Below are positions 10,544 through 21,557 of a stretch of DNA of 64,000 nucleotides, piece by piece; position 1 is the stretch's first letter; each line of letters begins with the position of its first letter. The stretch is from the NCBI GenBank assembly GCA_963731915.1, contig CAVSXQ010000064.1, positions 12,814-76,813 of the forward strand. The letters run 5' to 3'. The DNA is from an uncultured Alphaproteobacteria bacterium (GTDB lineage: Bacteria; Pseudomonadota; Alphaproteobacteria; Rhizobiales; Xanthobacteraceae). Position numbers and translations under genes: made by a program. The notes under the pieces are model-generated. The model did no database searches and had not been told where the DNA came from. It saw only the letters and a list, made by a program, of their open reading frames with translations.

Positions 10544-12058
10544 TCAGCCTTCTGCGACAGCGCCTCGTTGCCGGCGCGCAAAGGGAACCAGCAGCAAGCC
10601 CAGCAATGCGATCGCGGCCATCAGTGCCCACGCTTCATTGGCGCTGGCAGCGAAGGCCGCCTGCTCGATGGCAGCAGCAACGGTAGATAGATCGGCCGGA
10701 ATGCGATCAAGTCCGATCGCCTGCGCGGTCGCGGCGTCGCCGGCGACCAGGCGCTGTCGGATCGCATCGATATGGCCGCTGGTGCGGCCGTACAGGATGG
10801 TATCGATCAACGCGATCCCTACCGCCCCACCAAGGTTTCGCATCATGTTGAACAGGCCGCTGGCGTCGGGCACCTGCTTGTGCGGCAACATCTCCAGCGC
10901 CATCCGCGTCGGCGGCAGCAGGCAGAACATCGCCGCAAAGCCGCGCAGCACCTGCGGCCAGAACATCTCGTCGTAATCGGCGGTGCGGCTTTCAAACGCG
11001 CTCATGCCCAATCCAACGGCGAACAGCGAAAAGCCGAACGCCGACAGCCAGCGCGGGTTCACCCTGCTCTCCAGCGCGCCTGCAATCGGTGCGGCGACGA
11101 GTTGCGCTGCACCTGTCACCAGCATGATCTTGCCGATCTCCAGCGCATCGTGCTGCCTGACATAGGCGAGGAACACCGGCATCAGATAGACCGCGCCGAA
11201 CAGGCCGACGCCGAGGCAAAAGCTGAGCACGCAGCCGATCGAGAACGGCCGCACCCTCAGCGTCGAAAGCTCGACCACCGGCTGCACCGCCTTCAAGGTC
11301 CGGATGGCAAACAGCGCGGTCGTCACCGCGCACAGCGCAAACAGCGCAAAGCACACAACGGAGAACCAGCCAGAGTACGGCGCCTGCTTCAGCCCGATTT
11401 CCAGGCTCGCCAGCGCGATCGCCATCATCGCCAGCGAGAGCCCGTCGAAATTCTTGAGATTGTTGAGCCGGGCCCTGCCGCGCGGCAGCAGGAACGGCGT
11501 TGCGATCGCTGCGACAACACCGGGAACCACGTTGACCAGAAACAGCCAGGGCCAGGAATAATGGAACGTGATCCAGCCGCCCACCACAGGTCCAACCGTC
11601 GGCGCCAGCACAGCCATGATGCCCGCGATCGTGCCCGCAATCGGATGGGCGCGCGCGGGAAACAGCAGGAAGATGCCGGAGAACACGGCGGGGATCAGCG
11701 TGCCGCCCGCAAAGCCCTGAAGCACACGGAAGACGACGAGCGAGGTAAAATTGCTGCTGAACGCGCAGCCGATCGACGTCATCGTGAACACGGAGATCGC
11801 GATCACGAATAGCCAGCGCAAGGTGAAGACGCGCGTCAGCCAACCCGTCAGCGGAATGGCGATGATCTCGGCGATCAGATACGCCGTCTGGATCCAGCTC
11901 ATCGCATCAGGCGATATCTTCAGCGCGCTCTGGATCGTCGGCAGCGATGTCGCGACCACCTGGATGTCGAGGATTGCCATGAACATGCCGAAGCACATCA
12001 GGCTGAAGCCGAACCAGGTCGCTACCCTTGCCTTGGTCGTTCGCCAGACAGTCGTCAT
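10544..12058 (-). CDS. DHA2 (EmrB/QacA) family MFS efflux permease
   Basis: FMAILDIQVV; WIQTAYLIAE; RVLQGFAGG; LFNMMRNLGGAVG; about 14 TM segments. Confidence 0.9.
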   Translation of the reverse strand: MTTVWRTTKARVATWFGFSLMCFGMFMAILDIQVVATSLPTIQSALKISPDAMSWIQTAYLIAEIIAIPLTGWLTRVFTLRWLFVIAISVFTMTSIGCAFSSNFTSLVVFRVLQGFAGGTLIPAVFSGIFLLFPARAHPIAGTIAGIMAVLAPTVGPVVGGWITFHYSWPWLFLVNVVPGVVAAIATPFLLPRGRARLNNLKNFDGLSLAMMAIALASLEIGLKQAPYSGWFSVVCFALFALCAVTTALFAIRTLKAVQPVVELSTLRVRPFSIGCVLSFCLGVGLFGAVYLMPVFLAYVRQHDALEIGKIMLVTGAAQLVAAPIAGALESRVNPRWLSAFGFSLFAVGLGMSAFESRTADYDEMFWPQVLRGFAAMFCLLPPTRMALEMLPHKQVPDASGLFNMMRNLGGAVGIALIDTILYGRTSGHIDAIRQRLVAGDAATAQAIGLDRIPADLSTVAAAIEQAAFAASANEAWALMAAIALLGLLLVPFARRQRGAVAEG

Positions 12059-12295
12059 TGCGTAACGCGCGTTACTGCCTCACGCGGCGCACAAGGTTTG
12101 TTGCTCGGCATGCCTGCTGATCGCAAAGAAGGGACGTCAAATCAATTGGGATCAAAGCTCGGCTTACGGGATAGCCGACTGGCAAACGGATGTATACCGT
12201 CTGGCCGGTCCGGAACTGGTCCGGAGCGGCCCCTGAACGCCAAATCGCCCGCTTGCGCGGGCGATGGAGATCCGGTTTGGCGCTGGCCTGCGGCC

Positions 12296-13636
12296 TCACG
12301 CCCCATTGAGGAATTGAAGCGGGTCAACCGGTGAAGATCCCTTGCGGATCTCGAAGTGGAGCTGCGGCGAGCCCACCTCACCCGATTGACCCGACTTGGC
12401 AATGATCTGGCCGCGCTTGATGGTATCCCCGCGCTTCACAAGCAGTTCACTCGCATGGGCATATGCGGTGACGTAACCGTTGGAGTGCCGCACCAGAACC
12501 AGATTGCCGTAACCCTTGAGTTCGTTTCCGGAGTAAGCGACGACGCCGTCCTCGGCGGCCTTCACCGGCGTGCCCTCGGGCACCGCGACGTTGATGCCGT
12601 CATTGGACTTGCCATTGGTCTTGGCGCCGTAGCTCGTGATCACCTTGCCGCGCACCGGCCAGCGGAAGGTCGGCAGCGCGCCGGTGGCTTCGCTGGACTT
12701 CACCGGGGTCTCGGCCGCAGCCTTTTCCTCAACTTGTGTGGTCGCCGACGCGAGCCGCGCGGCCTGCGGAGGCGTACCGATCGAACGGGTCGCAGGTGGC
12801 GCCAGCGCAGCGACCTGCTGCGCAGGAGCGGCAGATGCGGCTTCAGCCGCCGCTGGGCTTTTCGCGCCGGGCACAGTTAGCTTCATGCCAAGGCTGAGCT
12901 TGGCCGATTGGTCGAGATGGTTGGCCTTGGCGAGCTCGGCCACCGGCACGCGATTGCGGCGGGCGATGCTGTTGAGCGTATCGCCGCGATTGACGATATG
13001 AACGCTCGACGCGGCGGCGACCGGCTTGCTGGCCGGCGGCGCAACGGCGGGCGCCGGCGTCGCCGCTGCGGCCACCGTCTGGCGTGGAATGATCAGTTGC
13101 TGGCCGGGCGACAGCGCGCGCGGACCCTTGTAGCCATTGGCCTGCAGGATCGCGGCGCTCGAAACGTTGTAGCGGCGCGCCAGGATTTCGAGCGTGTCGC
13201 TGGTGCCGACGATGATCGTGGTGCCTGCGGCATGGGCCGGCGGCCGGGTGGCCGCGACCGATTTCGGCGCGACGGTGCCGGTGGTCTCGAGCTTGGGATG
13301 CGCCGGCGGCGCATAGGAAGAAAGCCCGCGTCCGCCTCCGGACACGCCGCGGCTGGCGACGGGATAGGACTGCGGTGCGGCAACCGGCGGCGGCAGGGCC
13401 TGCGATTGATATTGCGACTGCGGCCGGGCGTATTGCGGCAGCTCCCGGCGCTCGACCTGGGCGGTCGGTACCGAGGCAGTGGCTTCGGGCTGGGAGGCAA
13501 AGGGATTGCTGAAAGAGCCTTGCGAAAGGCGAGTTTGGGTGTCGGCGCTACAGCCGGCAAAACCAATAGAGATCAGCGCCAGTGCCGCGACCTGCGGCAC
13601 GCGGCGCGAGCGAAGCAACTCGACGACTCGGGACAT
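12296..13636 (-). CDS. nlpD: LysM + M23 peptidase-domain lipoprotein (NlpD/DipM-like)
   Basis: Lipobox FAGC; two LysM repeats; M23 domain (NDGINV, YAH, HFEIR) with a degenerate first Zn ligand; adjacent to pcm. Confidence 0.88.
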   Translation of the reverse strand: MSRVVELLRSRRVPQVAALALISIGFAGCSADTQTRLSQGSFSNPFASQPEATASVPTAQVERRELPQYARPQSQYQSQALPPPVAAPQSYPVASRGVSGGGRGLSSYAPPAHPKLETTGTVAPKSVAATRPPAHAAGTTIIVGTSDTLEILARRYNVSSAAILQANGYKGPRALSPGQQLIIPRQTVAAAATPAPAVAPPASKPVAAASSVHIVNRGDTLNSIARRNRVPVAELAKANHLDQSAKLSLGMKLTVPGAKSPAAAEAASAAPAQQVAALAPPATRSIGTPPQAARLASATTQVEEKAAAETPVKSSEATGALPTFRWPVRGKVITSYGAKTNGKSNDGINVAVPEGTPVKAAEDGVVAYSGNELKGYGNLVLVRHSNGYVTAYAHASELLVKRGDTIKRGQIIAKSGQSGEVGSPQLHFEIRKGSSPVDPLQFLNGA

Positions 13637-13688
13637 GGTTACTCACTCGTACGCAACAAAATACTGTTTTGAGTAAACACGTCGGGAG

Positions 13689-13703
13689 TAAATAACCGCT
13701 TAA
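13689..13703 (-). promoter_or_regulatory. Putative CtrA box upstream of nlpD/dipM
   Basis: Minus strand reads TTAA-GCGGTTA-TTTA, one mismatch to TTAA-N7-TTAA, about 50 nt upstream of the start codon. Confidence 0.45.
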
Positions 13704-13744
13704 CCCTTGAATAAGGTCTTGGCGGGAACGGCCAATCCGCAATC

Positions 13745-14395
13745 TTACAGCTCGCGGGCGATACCCGGCAGCGCCGGCACGAAGCGGACATCGACCAGTT
13801 CCCTGGCGTCAAATCCGGTTTCGGTCCTGACCATCCGGACCAGGGTCTGGACCCCGTGATGCGGCCCGACCGGCGCGATCAGGATGCCGCCCGGCTCCAG
13901 CCGCTCCCGCAGTTTTTCCGGGATTTGCTCCATCGCCGCGGTGACGATGATGCGGTCGAAGGTGCCGGCACCGTCGGGGACATCGAAGCCGTCGCCGAAT
14001 ATCACCTCGATGTTGTCGTAGCCGAGCGTCTTGAGCCGCTCCCTGGCCGTGTCGGCCAGCGTCCGGTAGCGCTCGATGCTGACGACGTCCCGGCACAATC
14101 GCGACAGGACCGCGGCCTGGTAGCCTGAGCCGGTGCCGATCTCGAGCACCCGATGCGGTTTTCGCACGGCCAGTTGCTCGGTCATGTAGGCGACCACGAA
14201 GGGCTGGCTGATGGTCTGGCCGCAGGAGATGCCGAGCGCACTGTCGCGGTAGGCATCGGCACGGTCGGCCGCCCCCACAAACGCCTCGCGCGGGACATCC
14301 TCCATCGCGCGCAGCACCGCCTGGTCGCTGATCCCGCGCCGCCGCAGGTTGAGCTGAAACATCATCTTCTCTGGCGGATCTGGAGCAGCGGGCAT
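13745..14395 (-). CDS. pcm: Protein-L-isoaspartate O-methyltransferase
   Basis: [38 protein letters not shown]. Confidence 0.95.
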   Translation of the reverse strand: MPAAPDPPEKMMFQLNLRRRGISDQAVLRAMEDVPREAFVGAADRADAYRDSALGISCGQTISQPFVVAYMTEQLAVRKPHRVLEIGTGSGYQAAVLSRLCRDVVSIERYRTLADTARERLKTLGYDNIEVIFGDGFDVPDGAGTFDRIIVTAAMEQIPEKLRERLEPGGILIAPVGPHHGVQTLVRMVRTETGFDARELVDVRFVPALPGIAREL

Positions 14396-14686
14396 TTCTG
14401 TCTCGAAGCACAATCGCGAAGCAGCGCGGATCGCGGCGGTTGGCGCGCATCGTCCAGACCGATTGATGCCACACGGACCGGCGCACAAACGGAAAATTTT
14501 ACGCTTGTCCCCTGTTCCCGACGGGGAACCCCAGGTCATCATCGACGTTGAAGGTGCCGACAATCTTCCCGTCAATGGTGACGATCGGGAGAATTCAGCA
14601 GCCTTCAACTTTCGTTCGCGCATTAACGTTGCGCCGGAGGGCGTTATTTGCCAACCTTGATTCCGGGAAGGGCAAGGATTCCAGCG

Positions 14687-15064
14687 ATGACGGCAACGCG
14701 CCCGGCGGGCGGTTCTGTATTCCTCGTAGAGGACGAGGTCATGATCCGAATGATGGTCGCGGACATGCTGGAAGAGCTTGGCTATCGCGTCGCAGCCGAG
14801 GCCGGCGAGATCGGCGAGGCGATCAAGCTCGCGCAATCGGCCGATTTCGACTTCGCCATTCTCGACGTCAACGTCAACGGCAAGGTGATTTCGCCGGTCG
14901 CCGACCTGATCAAGGCGCGCAACCGGCCCTTCATCTTCGCGACCGGCTACGGCTCGTCCGGCCTGCCCGAGGAATACCGCGACCGTCCGGCGCTTCAAAA
15001 GCCCTTCCAGCTCGAGACGCTGGCGCGGATGATCGACGCCACGCTGAAGGACGCCGCGGCTTAG
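14687..15064 (+). CDS. Single-domain response regulator
   Basis: FLVEDE; ILDVN (phospho-acceptor Asp); FATGY; KPF. Confidence 0.9.
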   Translation: MTATRPAGGSVFLVEDEVMIRMMVADMLEELGYRVAAEAGEIGEAIKLAQSADFDFAILDVNVNGKVISPVADLIKARNRPFIFATGYGSSGLPEEYRDRPALQKPFQLETLARMIDATLKDAAA

Positions 15065-15072
15065 TCAGCAAG

Positions 15073-15178
15073 CCGCCGTCGCCCGGCTTGACCGGGCGAT
15101 TCAGTATTCCAGAGCTATCAGCGATAAAACCGAGAAGCCTCGGCGTACTGGATACCCGCTTCGCGGGTATGACGGCGG
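15073..15178. repeat. CGTC-tagged palindromic REP-like element
   Basis: ccgccgtcgcccggcttgaccgggcga...tacccgcttcgcgggtatgacggcgg, with terminal inverted repeats and internal hairpins; lies between convergent genes. Confidence 0.75.
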
Positions 15179-15193
15179 TGGTTGTGGCCGCGC

Positions 15194-15961
15194 TTATTTC
15201 AGCGTCTTCGTCAGCGTTTCCGAAAACACTTCATCGGTGCGGTCGAGCCGCAGCGGCGTCACGGAGACGTAGCGCGCGGCGAGTGCGGCGAGATCGGTGC
15301 CTTCCGCAGGCGTGTCCATGACAGCGGCGCGCTCGAACCCGATCCAGAAATAGGGATTGCCGCGGCCATCCTGGCGCTGGTCGATCTTGAGAAAGCCGAG
15401 ATTACGCTTGCCCTGCCGCGTTACGCGCACGCCCCTCACCTCGTCCGGCGTGCAGGCAGGAAAATTGACATTGATCACGGTGTTCTTCGGCACGCCGGCA
15501 TCGATCACCCGGTGCAGGATTTCGGGACCGAATTTCAGCGCCGTCTCCCACAGCGGCTTTTCTCGCGTCTCCATGGAAAATTCCTGCGACAGCGCGAATG
15601 ACGGCAAACCCAGAATGGTGCCTTCCAGCGCGCCGGCGATGGTCCCGGAATAGACGACGTCTTCGGCGACGTTGCGGCCGCGGTTGACGCCCGACAGCAC
15701 GAGGTCGGGCATCTTGTCGCCAAGGATGTGGCGCGCGCCCATGATCACGCAGTCGGTCGGCGTGCCGCGCACGGCAAAGTGGCGCGGGCCGACGGCGCGC
15801 AGCCGCAGTGGATCGTTCAGCGACAGCGAATGCGACACGCCCGATTGATCGAGCTCCGGCGCCACCACCCAGACATCTTCGGACAGCGCACGCGCAATTT
15901 CCTCGACGACCTTCAGGCCCGGCGCATGGATGCCGTCGTCATTGGTGCAGAGAATTCGCAT
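15194..15961 (-). CDS. surE: 5'/3'-nucleotidase SurE
   Basis: [38 protein letters not shown]. Confidence 0.96.
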   Translation of the reverse strand: MRILCTNDDGIHAPGLKVVEEIARALSEDVWVVAPELDQSGVSHSLSLNDPLRLRAVGPRHFAVRGTPTDCVIMGARHILGDKMPDLVLSGVNRGRNVAEDVVYSGTIAGALEGTILGLPSFALSQEFSMETREKPLWETALKFGPEILHRVIDAGVPKNTVINVNFPACTPDEVRGVRVTRQGKRNLGFLKIDQRQDGRGNPYFWIGFERAAVMDTPAEGTDLAALAARYVSVTPLRLDRTDEVFSETLTKTLK

Positions 15962-16271
15962 TCTTTTCAGGGCCTTTTGGTTCGCTTCCACATGCCGTGG
16001 TGCGCCGTCTTAACCGGCTATCGCCAGCGAGGCAAACCCGGCAAGGCAGGGCGAAATGGCGATTTCCGGTTGTACCGGGCGGGACGCCATTTGTGATATC
16101 GGTCATACATCTGGGAAAATTGACAGGGCATAACCAGCAGCACCCGCGCATGGCAGGCTACGTTGCCATGCTTCCGGTTGATGATTGAAATCGCCTTTTG
16201 CGAACGCGCAAGTGCTGCGGTTTTTTGAGATGAGTCAAAGATATCTGTTCAGGAAGGCACGAGGTTTCGTC

Positions 16272-17346
16272 GTGATCCGTCTTGCAACCGCGATCGTTAT
16301 TTTGATCGGCAGCCTGGCTGTCGCCACAGTGCCGGCGCGCGCCCAGCAAAACGCACCGGAGAGAATGTGTTTCCCCTGGCAGGAATTTCGCGATGGCGCC
16401 TGCGTGGCGACATCGGGAGCTGTGCCCGCACCATCCGTTCAATGCAGCGGCGGCACGGCCGATACCGAGGGGCGATGTGTCTGTCCGGCCAACACGCATC
16501 TCGATGCCGGCGCTTGCGTCGCCGATGTCAGCCCGAGCCCATCGCGGCAATTGACCACCACGATACGGGAATCCGTTGAAACCATCGCCTGCGACGGCGG
16601 CACGGTGACATCAGGCACGTGCACCTGCCCGGCTGATTTCAGGTTGCTTCCCGCCGCGTCCGGCAAAGGCGGCGCGTGCGTCCGGACCAACGCGGAGAAT
16701 TGCCTCGGTGGCGATTTGACCGTGGCCGGTAGCTGCCTGTGCATCGGACGCGTCACCATGTCCGGCGAGACCTACGCGCTCGAACTGCTCGGCGGCAAAT
16801 GCGTACCCAAGCGCTGCCCGGTCGACACCTATCTGAAAGCCGGCCAGTGCGTCGCCAGCAACGACCGGATTCTTTCGCTTCACCTGCCGCACCGGCTACA
16901 TCCCCGAAGAAGCAAATCCCGGCTCGCCCCCGACCGGACTGCATTGCATTCCCGATCCGACGTTCTGTCCCGCCAACTCCAGACGAAAAGGCGGCTCCTG
17001 CGCAAAACAATCTGCCATCGCGATCGATTGCTTTGAGGACCGCTGCACCTGCGGACCCAATGCGGATTGGGTCGGCTATTTGTGCCAATGCGTCGAGCCG
17101 TACCGCAACGTGAACGGCAGTTGCGTGGCCGGAGGTGCGGCGACGGCGAGCCACACGCCAACCGTGAAGCCCGAACCTGAAAAGCCCGAATTGCAATCGG
17201 CCGAGCCGTCACGCCGGCGGAAGGCTTGCGGGCGCGGCATGGTGCGAACGGCGGCCGGCAACTGCGTCGCGGCGAGGCCGAGATATACGGGTCCCCGTGT
17301 CGTGATCGAACCGTATTACCCGCGCTATCGCTATCGCACCTATTAG
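16272..17346 (+). CDS. Secreted cysteine-rich (EGF-like repeat) hypothetical protein; one frameshift near 16870
   Basis: GTG start after GAGG; signal peptide ending ARA|Q; repeated C-x-C-P...C motifs. The reading continues in the +1 frame (FTCRTGYIPEE...) into ORF 17080..17346. Confidence 0.75.
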
Positions 17347-17372
17347 ACCAGGCGCACCGCAGGCCGGGAGCT

Positions 17373-17414
17373 AAAAATCGCGAAAACAACCCCATGCAAA
17401 GTAGAATGGGCCCC
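17373..17414. repeat. Short intergenic repeat fragment
   Basis: aaaatcgcgaaaacaaccccatgcaaagtagaatgggcccc resembles a recurrent Bradyrhizobium intergenic repeat, recognised from memory; only one copy in this window. Confidence 0.4.
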
Positions 17415-17460
17415 GACCTGATCTCATCCCGCTCTCGCACGGCTGGCACGACTGAAATTG

Positions 17461-18164
17461 CTAAGGCCGATACCGCCACGGCCGCACAAACCGGGCGCGT
17501 CCTGGGACCGGCATGTCAAAAGCCGGTGCCGGCGGTTCGACGGCGCCCGCAACAGGCGTTGCAACTTGCTCGGCCGGCTCGATCGGCGCGGGAAGCAGGA
17601 GCGCTTCGTCGCTTCGTCAGCCTCGTCAGGCAAGACGGCTTGTTCCGGCACCGGCGGAATTGCTTGGCGAGGCGATTCCGGTCTTGCCGTTGGAGCCGGT
17701 GAATCCGTCTTGCTGATGCCAAAGGTATCAAACCATTTGCCCAGCAAATCCTCCGGCGGCGCGGGCTTCGGCGGCGTGACGGGCTCAGCCTTCGCCGCTT
17801 CTTCCGGCTTTGCGGCTTCGACGGCCTTCGGCGGCGACGCGACGACGGCGCTCGCCTTCATAATCGTCTCGACCGGCAATGGCGTCGGCATCGGCGATGG
17901 CGCGGGTTCTGATGCAGGCGGTGGCGCGGGTTCGGGCGCCCGCAGCACCCCCGGATAACGCTTGCGCGCGATCACGAGCCCCTTGCTGAAATCGTCGGCG
18001 TTGAACCATTTCTGCTCGCTCAGGATTTCGGGCAGGCCCTGGTCCCACAACCGTTCGATCTCGATATCGAACCGGCCGCCAAGCCGTTGATCGATCGCCT
18101 GCATGCCATATCCGGTGACCGCCCATTGCCGGCCGATCCAGTGGATGTCGCGATGCAACGCCAT
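17461..18164 (-). CDS. Hypothetical protein: globular N-terminus, Pro/Ala-rich linker, probable frameshift near 17600
   Basis: N-terminus MALHRDIHWIGRQWAVTGYGMQ. A plausible C-terminus (FDMPVPGRARFVRPWRYRP*) lies in a different frame. Confidence 0.6.
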
Positions 18165-18187
18165 CTGCGCACTTGCCGTTGGGTGAT

Positions 18188-19510
18188 TTACTCGATCACC
18201 TTGAGACCACCCATATAGGGCTGCAATACGTCAGGAACGGCGATCGAGCCGCCCTGCTGCTGATAAGTTTCCATCACCGCGATCAGCGCGCGGCCGACCG
18301 CGGTGCCGGAGCCGTTCAGCGTGTGAACGAAACGCGGCTTGCCGTCCGGCCCACGATAGCGCGCATCCATGCGCCGCGCCTGGAAATCGCCGCACACCGA
18401 GCAGCTCGAAATCTCGCGGAATGCGCCGCCGTCGCCCTGCCCGGGCATCCAGACCTCGATGTCGTAGGTCTTTTGCGCGGAAAAGCCCATGTCGCCGGCG
18501 CACAACGTCATCACGCGGTAATGCAGATCGAGCCGGCGCAGCACCTCTTCCGCGCAGGCCAGCATGCGCTCCAATTCGTCCTTGCTGGTTTCCGGCGTGG
18601 CGATCGACACCAGCTCCACCTTGGTAAATTGGTGCTGCCGGATCATACCGCGGGTATCGCGCCCGGCCGCGCCGGCTTCCGCGCGGAAACACGGCGTCAG
18701 CGCGGTCAGGCGCATCGGCAATTCCTTGTCGTCGACGATGGATTCACGCACGAGGTTGGTCAGCGCGACTTCGGCGGTCGGAATGAGACCAAGGCGCTCG
18801 GTCTGCAGTCTGCCATCCGGAGCGGCCAGCAATTCGCCCTTGATGGCCCAGAACTGATCGTCCTCGAATTTCGGCAACTGCCCGGTGCCGAACATGATGT
18901 CGTTGCGAACCAGCAGCGGCGGATTGATTTCAGTGTAGCCATGCTCGTTGGTGTGGAGATCGAGCATGAATTGTCCGATCGCGCTCTCCAGCCGTGCGAG
19001 GCCCTTTTTCAGCACGACGAAGCGCGCGCCGCTCAGCTTGGCCGCAGTCTCGAAATCCATGTAGCCGAGCGCTCCGCCGAGATCGTCATGCGGCTTCGGC
19101 GCAAAACCATATTCGTGCTTCTTGCCGAACACATGGCGCTGCACATTGCCGTGCTCGTCGACGCCATCTGGCACTTCGTCGAGCGGCAGGTTCGGGATCG
19201 CGGCGAGTTCCTTGGCGAGTTCTTCGTCGGCGGTTTTCGCCGCGGCTTCGAGCTCCGGCATCGTGGTCTTGAGTTCGGCCACCTCGGCCATCAATTTCGC
19301 CGCGCGCGCCTCGTCCTTGGCCTTCTTGGCGTCGCCGATTTCCTTGGAAGCCGCGTTGCGCCGCGCCTGCGCCTGCTCCGAGGCCAGGATCGCCGCGCGC
19401 CGCCGCTCGTCGATCGCCAGCAGCGATGGCGACAACGGCGCAAGCCCGCGCCGCTTCAGTCCGGCGTCGAATGCTGCGGGGTTATCGCGGATCGCTTTGA
19501 TGTCGTGCAT
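18188..19510 (-). CDS. serS: Serine--tRNA ligase
   Basis: [45 protein letters not shown]. Confidence 0.98.
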   Translation of the reverse strand: MHDIKAIRDNPAAFDAGLKRRGLAPLSPSLLAIDERRRAAILASEQAQARRNAASKEIGDAKKAKDEARAAKLMAEVAELKTTMPELEAAAKTADEELAKELAAIPNLPLDEVPDGVDEHGNVQRHVFGKKHEYGFAPKPHDDLGGALGYMDFETAAKLSGARFVVLKKGLARLESAIGQFMLDLHTNEHGYTEINPPLLVRNDIMFGTGQLPKFEDDQFWAIKGELLAAPDGRLQTERLGLIPTAEVALTNLVRESIVDDKELPMRLTALTPCFRAEAGAAGRDTRGMIRQHQFTKVELVSIATPETSKDELERMLACAEEVLRRLDLHYRVMTLCAGDMGFSAQKTYDIEVWMPGQGDGGAFREISSCSVCGDFQARRMDARYRGPDGKPRFVHTLNGSGTAVGRALIAVMETYQQQGGSIAVPDVLQPYMGGLKVIE

Positions 19511-19596
19511 TGGAAGTCATTCCTGTAATTGGCCGGTGAAGGCGCGCATCCAGTACCCCGAACAGGCGTGGTTTTGGAACAGCGAAAGGAGAATCG

Positions 19597-20400
19597 CTAT
19601 TCCGCCGGATTGGCCGCCGATGGGGCGCCGGCCGCCTGCCCTGTGGTCGCCCGCTTTTCCACGATCCGGACGGCGACGATCGCGCCCTCATAGAGGACCA
19701 GCAGCGGGAGCGCGAGCGAAGCCTGGCTCAGCACATCCGGCGGCGTCAGCACGGCGGCGATGATGAAGGCGACGACGATGAAATAGCGCCGCTTTTCGGC
19801 AAGCATCTTCGAGGTGACGATGCCGATCCGGCCCAGCAGCGTCAGGATGACCGGCAACTGGAACGCGATGCCGAACGCAAAAATCAGCGACATCATCAGC
19901 GACAGATATTCGCCGACCTTCGGCAATAGCTGGATTTGCGCGGACTCTTCGCCGCCCATCTGCTGCATGCCGAGCGAGAAGCGCACCAGCATCGGCATCA
20001 CGATGAAATAGACCAGCATCGAGCCAAGCACGAAGAACACGGGGGTTGCGACCAGATAGGGCAGAAACGCGTTGCGCTCGTGCTTGTAGAGGCCGGGCGC
20101 GACGAATTTGTAGATCTGCGTCGCCACGATCGGAAACGAGATGAAGCCCGCGCCGAACAGCGCCAGCTTCAACTGCGTGATGAAATACTCCAGCAGTGCC
20201 GTGTAGATGAATTTGGAATTCTCCGCCCCGGCGATCCAGACGAACGGCCATACCAGCACGTTGTAGATCTGCTTGGCAAAGAAGAAGCAGAAGATGAACG
20301 CGATGCCAAAGCCGAGCAGCGCCTTGATCAGCCGCGAACGCAGCTCGATCAGGTGATCCATCAACGGCGCCTTGCTGGCCTCGATGTCTTCGTCGCTCAT
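19597..20400 (-). CDS. tatC: Twin-arginine translocase subunit TatC
   Basis: [33 protein letters not shown]. Confidence 0.97.
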   Translation of the reverse strand: MSDEDIEASKAPLMDHLIELRSRLIKALLGFGIAFIFCFFFAKQIYNVLVWPFVWIAGAENSKFIYTALLEYFITQLKLALFGAGFISFPIVATQIYKFVAPGLYKHERNAFLPYLVATPVFFVLGSMLVYFIVMPMLVRFSLGMQQMGGEESAQIQLLPKVGEYLSLMMSLIFAFGIAFQLPVILTLLGRIGIVTSKMLAEKRRYFIVVAFIIAAVLTPPDVLSQASLALPLLVLYEGAIVAVRIVEKRATTGQAAGAPSAANPAE

Positions 20401-20944
20401 GACGCTTTGGCGTCCTTCAGCACCTCAGTGGGCTGAGGCGTCGTCTCCTGCGCTGCCGGCTGGGCTTCGCGGGTAATGACCAGCGGCTCATTTGCGGCCG
20501 GATGCGCCTCGGCCTCGACGAAAGTGGCCGGGGTCGGCGCTGCCGGCGTTGTCGGGGTCATCGGCGTATCGCTCGCCGACGTCGCGGCGGGCTCGACCAG
20601 AGAATCCACCTGCGCATCCGGCGCCGCGAGTCTCGTTCCTTGGGCTTGTCGATATTGTCGATCTGCAGGGAGTCGCTGACGTCCTTTTGCAGCGAGGTCA
20701 TGATGTTGCCGCTGGCGATGCCGGTCGCGGCGTCCTTGACCTCGTCAAAACTCTTCTTGATGTCGGCCATTTCGGCCTCGCGCATCGCTTCCTGGAACTG
20801 GCCCTGGAATTCGCCAGCCATCTTGCGCGCCTTGCCGATCCATTGCCCGACCATGCGCAGCACGCCCGGCAGTTCTTTCGGGCCGATGGCGATCAGCGCG
20901 ACAACCGCGATGACGACCAGTTCACTCCACCCGATATCGAACAT
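20397..20944 (-). CDS. tatB: Twin-arginine translocase subunit TatB (frameshift near 20630)
   Basis: [26 protein letters not shown]. The Pro/Thr/Ala-rich tail is in ORF 20397..20609. Confidence 0.93.
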
Positions 20945-21018
20945 GAAAGTTTCCGCTCACGCGAGAATTTGGCCCCTCTCCTCTAGCAGGATTTGGGGGC
21001 GCTCGCGGCTTTTCTCAA

Positions 21019-21073
21019 CATAGCGTTTTCAAGCGAAGTGGATCCCGGTTCGCGTGAAGAAAACGCGTCAAAA
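21019..21073 (+). repeat. TAG-tagged palindromic repeat, copy 1
   Basis: catagcgttttcaagcgaagtggatcccggttcgcgtgaagaaaacgcgtcaaaa; an inverted homologue lies at 21473-21551. Confidence 0.85.
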
Positions 21074-21082
21074 TAAAGCGCT

Positions 21083-21319
21083 TTAGACGGCCTTGCTGCC
21101 GACGTCCGTGCGGGCAGCCGTGGGCGCCGCGTTGTGGTCGATCGTCTTCGGCGGCTCGGCCGGCTTTTCAGGCGCCTTTTCGTCGTCCTGCATGCCCTTC
21201 TTGAAGGCCTTGATGCCGGAGGCGACGTCACCCATCAGGTCCGAAATCTTGCCACGGCCGAACAGCAGCAGGACCACCACGATCACGACGAGCCAGTGCC
21301 AAATGCTAAGCGAACCCAT
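21083..21319 (-). CDS. tatA: Twin-arginine translocase subunit TatA
   Basis: [51 protein letters not shown]. Confidence 0.96.
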   Translation of the reverse strand: MGSLSIWHWLVVIVVVLLLFGRGKISDLMGDVASGIKAFKKGMQDDEKAPEKPAEPPKTIDHNAAPTAARTDVGSKAV

Positions 21320-21472
21320 CCTGCAACCCTCCAAAAACGCGGGGCCACGGTGCCGGCCCAAGCTTTGGCCGGAAGGTAGGCCCCCGAAGTGCCGAAAACA
21401 AGGACTTCAGGCGCGGCAAATCGCTGTCCGGGCTACGTATTATTGCTACCGTTAACTCGGCGATAGCTTCCT

Positions 21473-21551
21473 TTTTGACGCGTTTTCTTCACGCGAACCG
21501 ATGCCCACCCCGCATCAAGTGCGGGGCAGGCTTTCGCTCGAAAACGCTATG
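21473..21551 (-). repeat. TAG-tagged palindromic repeat, copy 2 (with extra internal hairpin)
   Basis: Its reverse complement shares catagcgttttc and an exact 28-nt block with copy 1; it carries an extra ccccgca-tcaag-tgcgggg hairpin. Confidence 0.85.
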
Positions 21552-21557
21552 GCGGAA

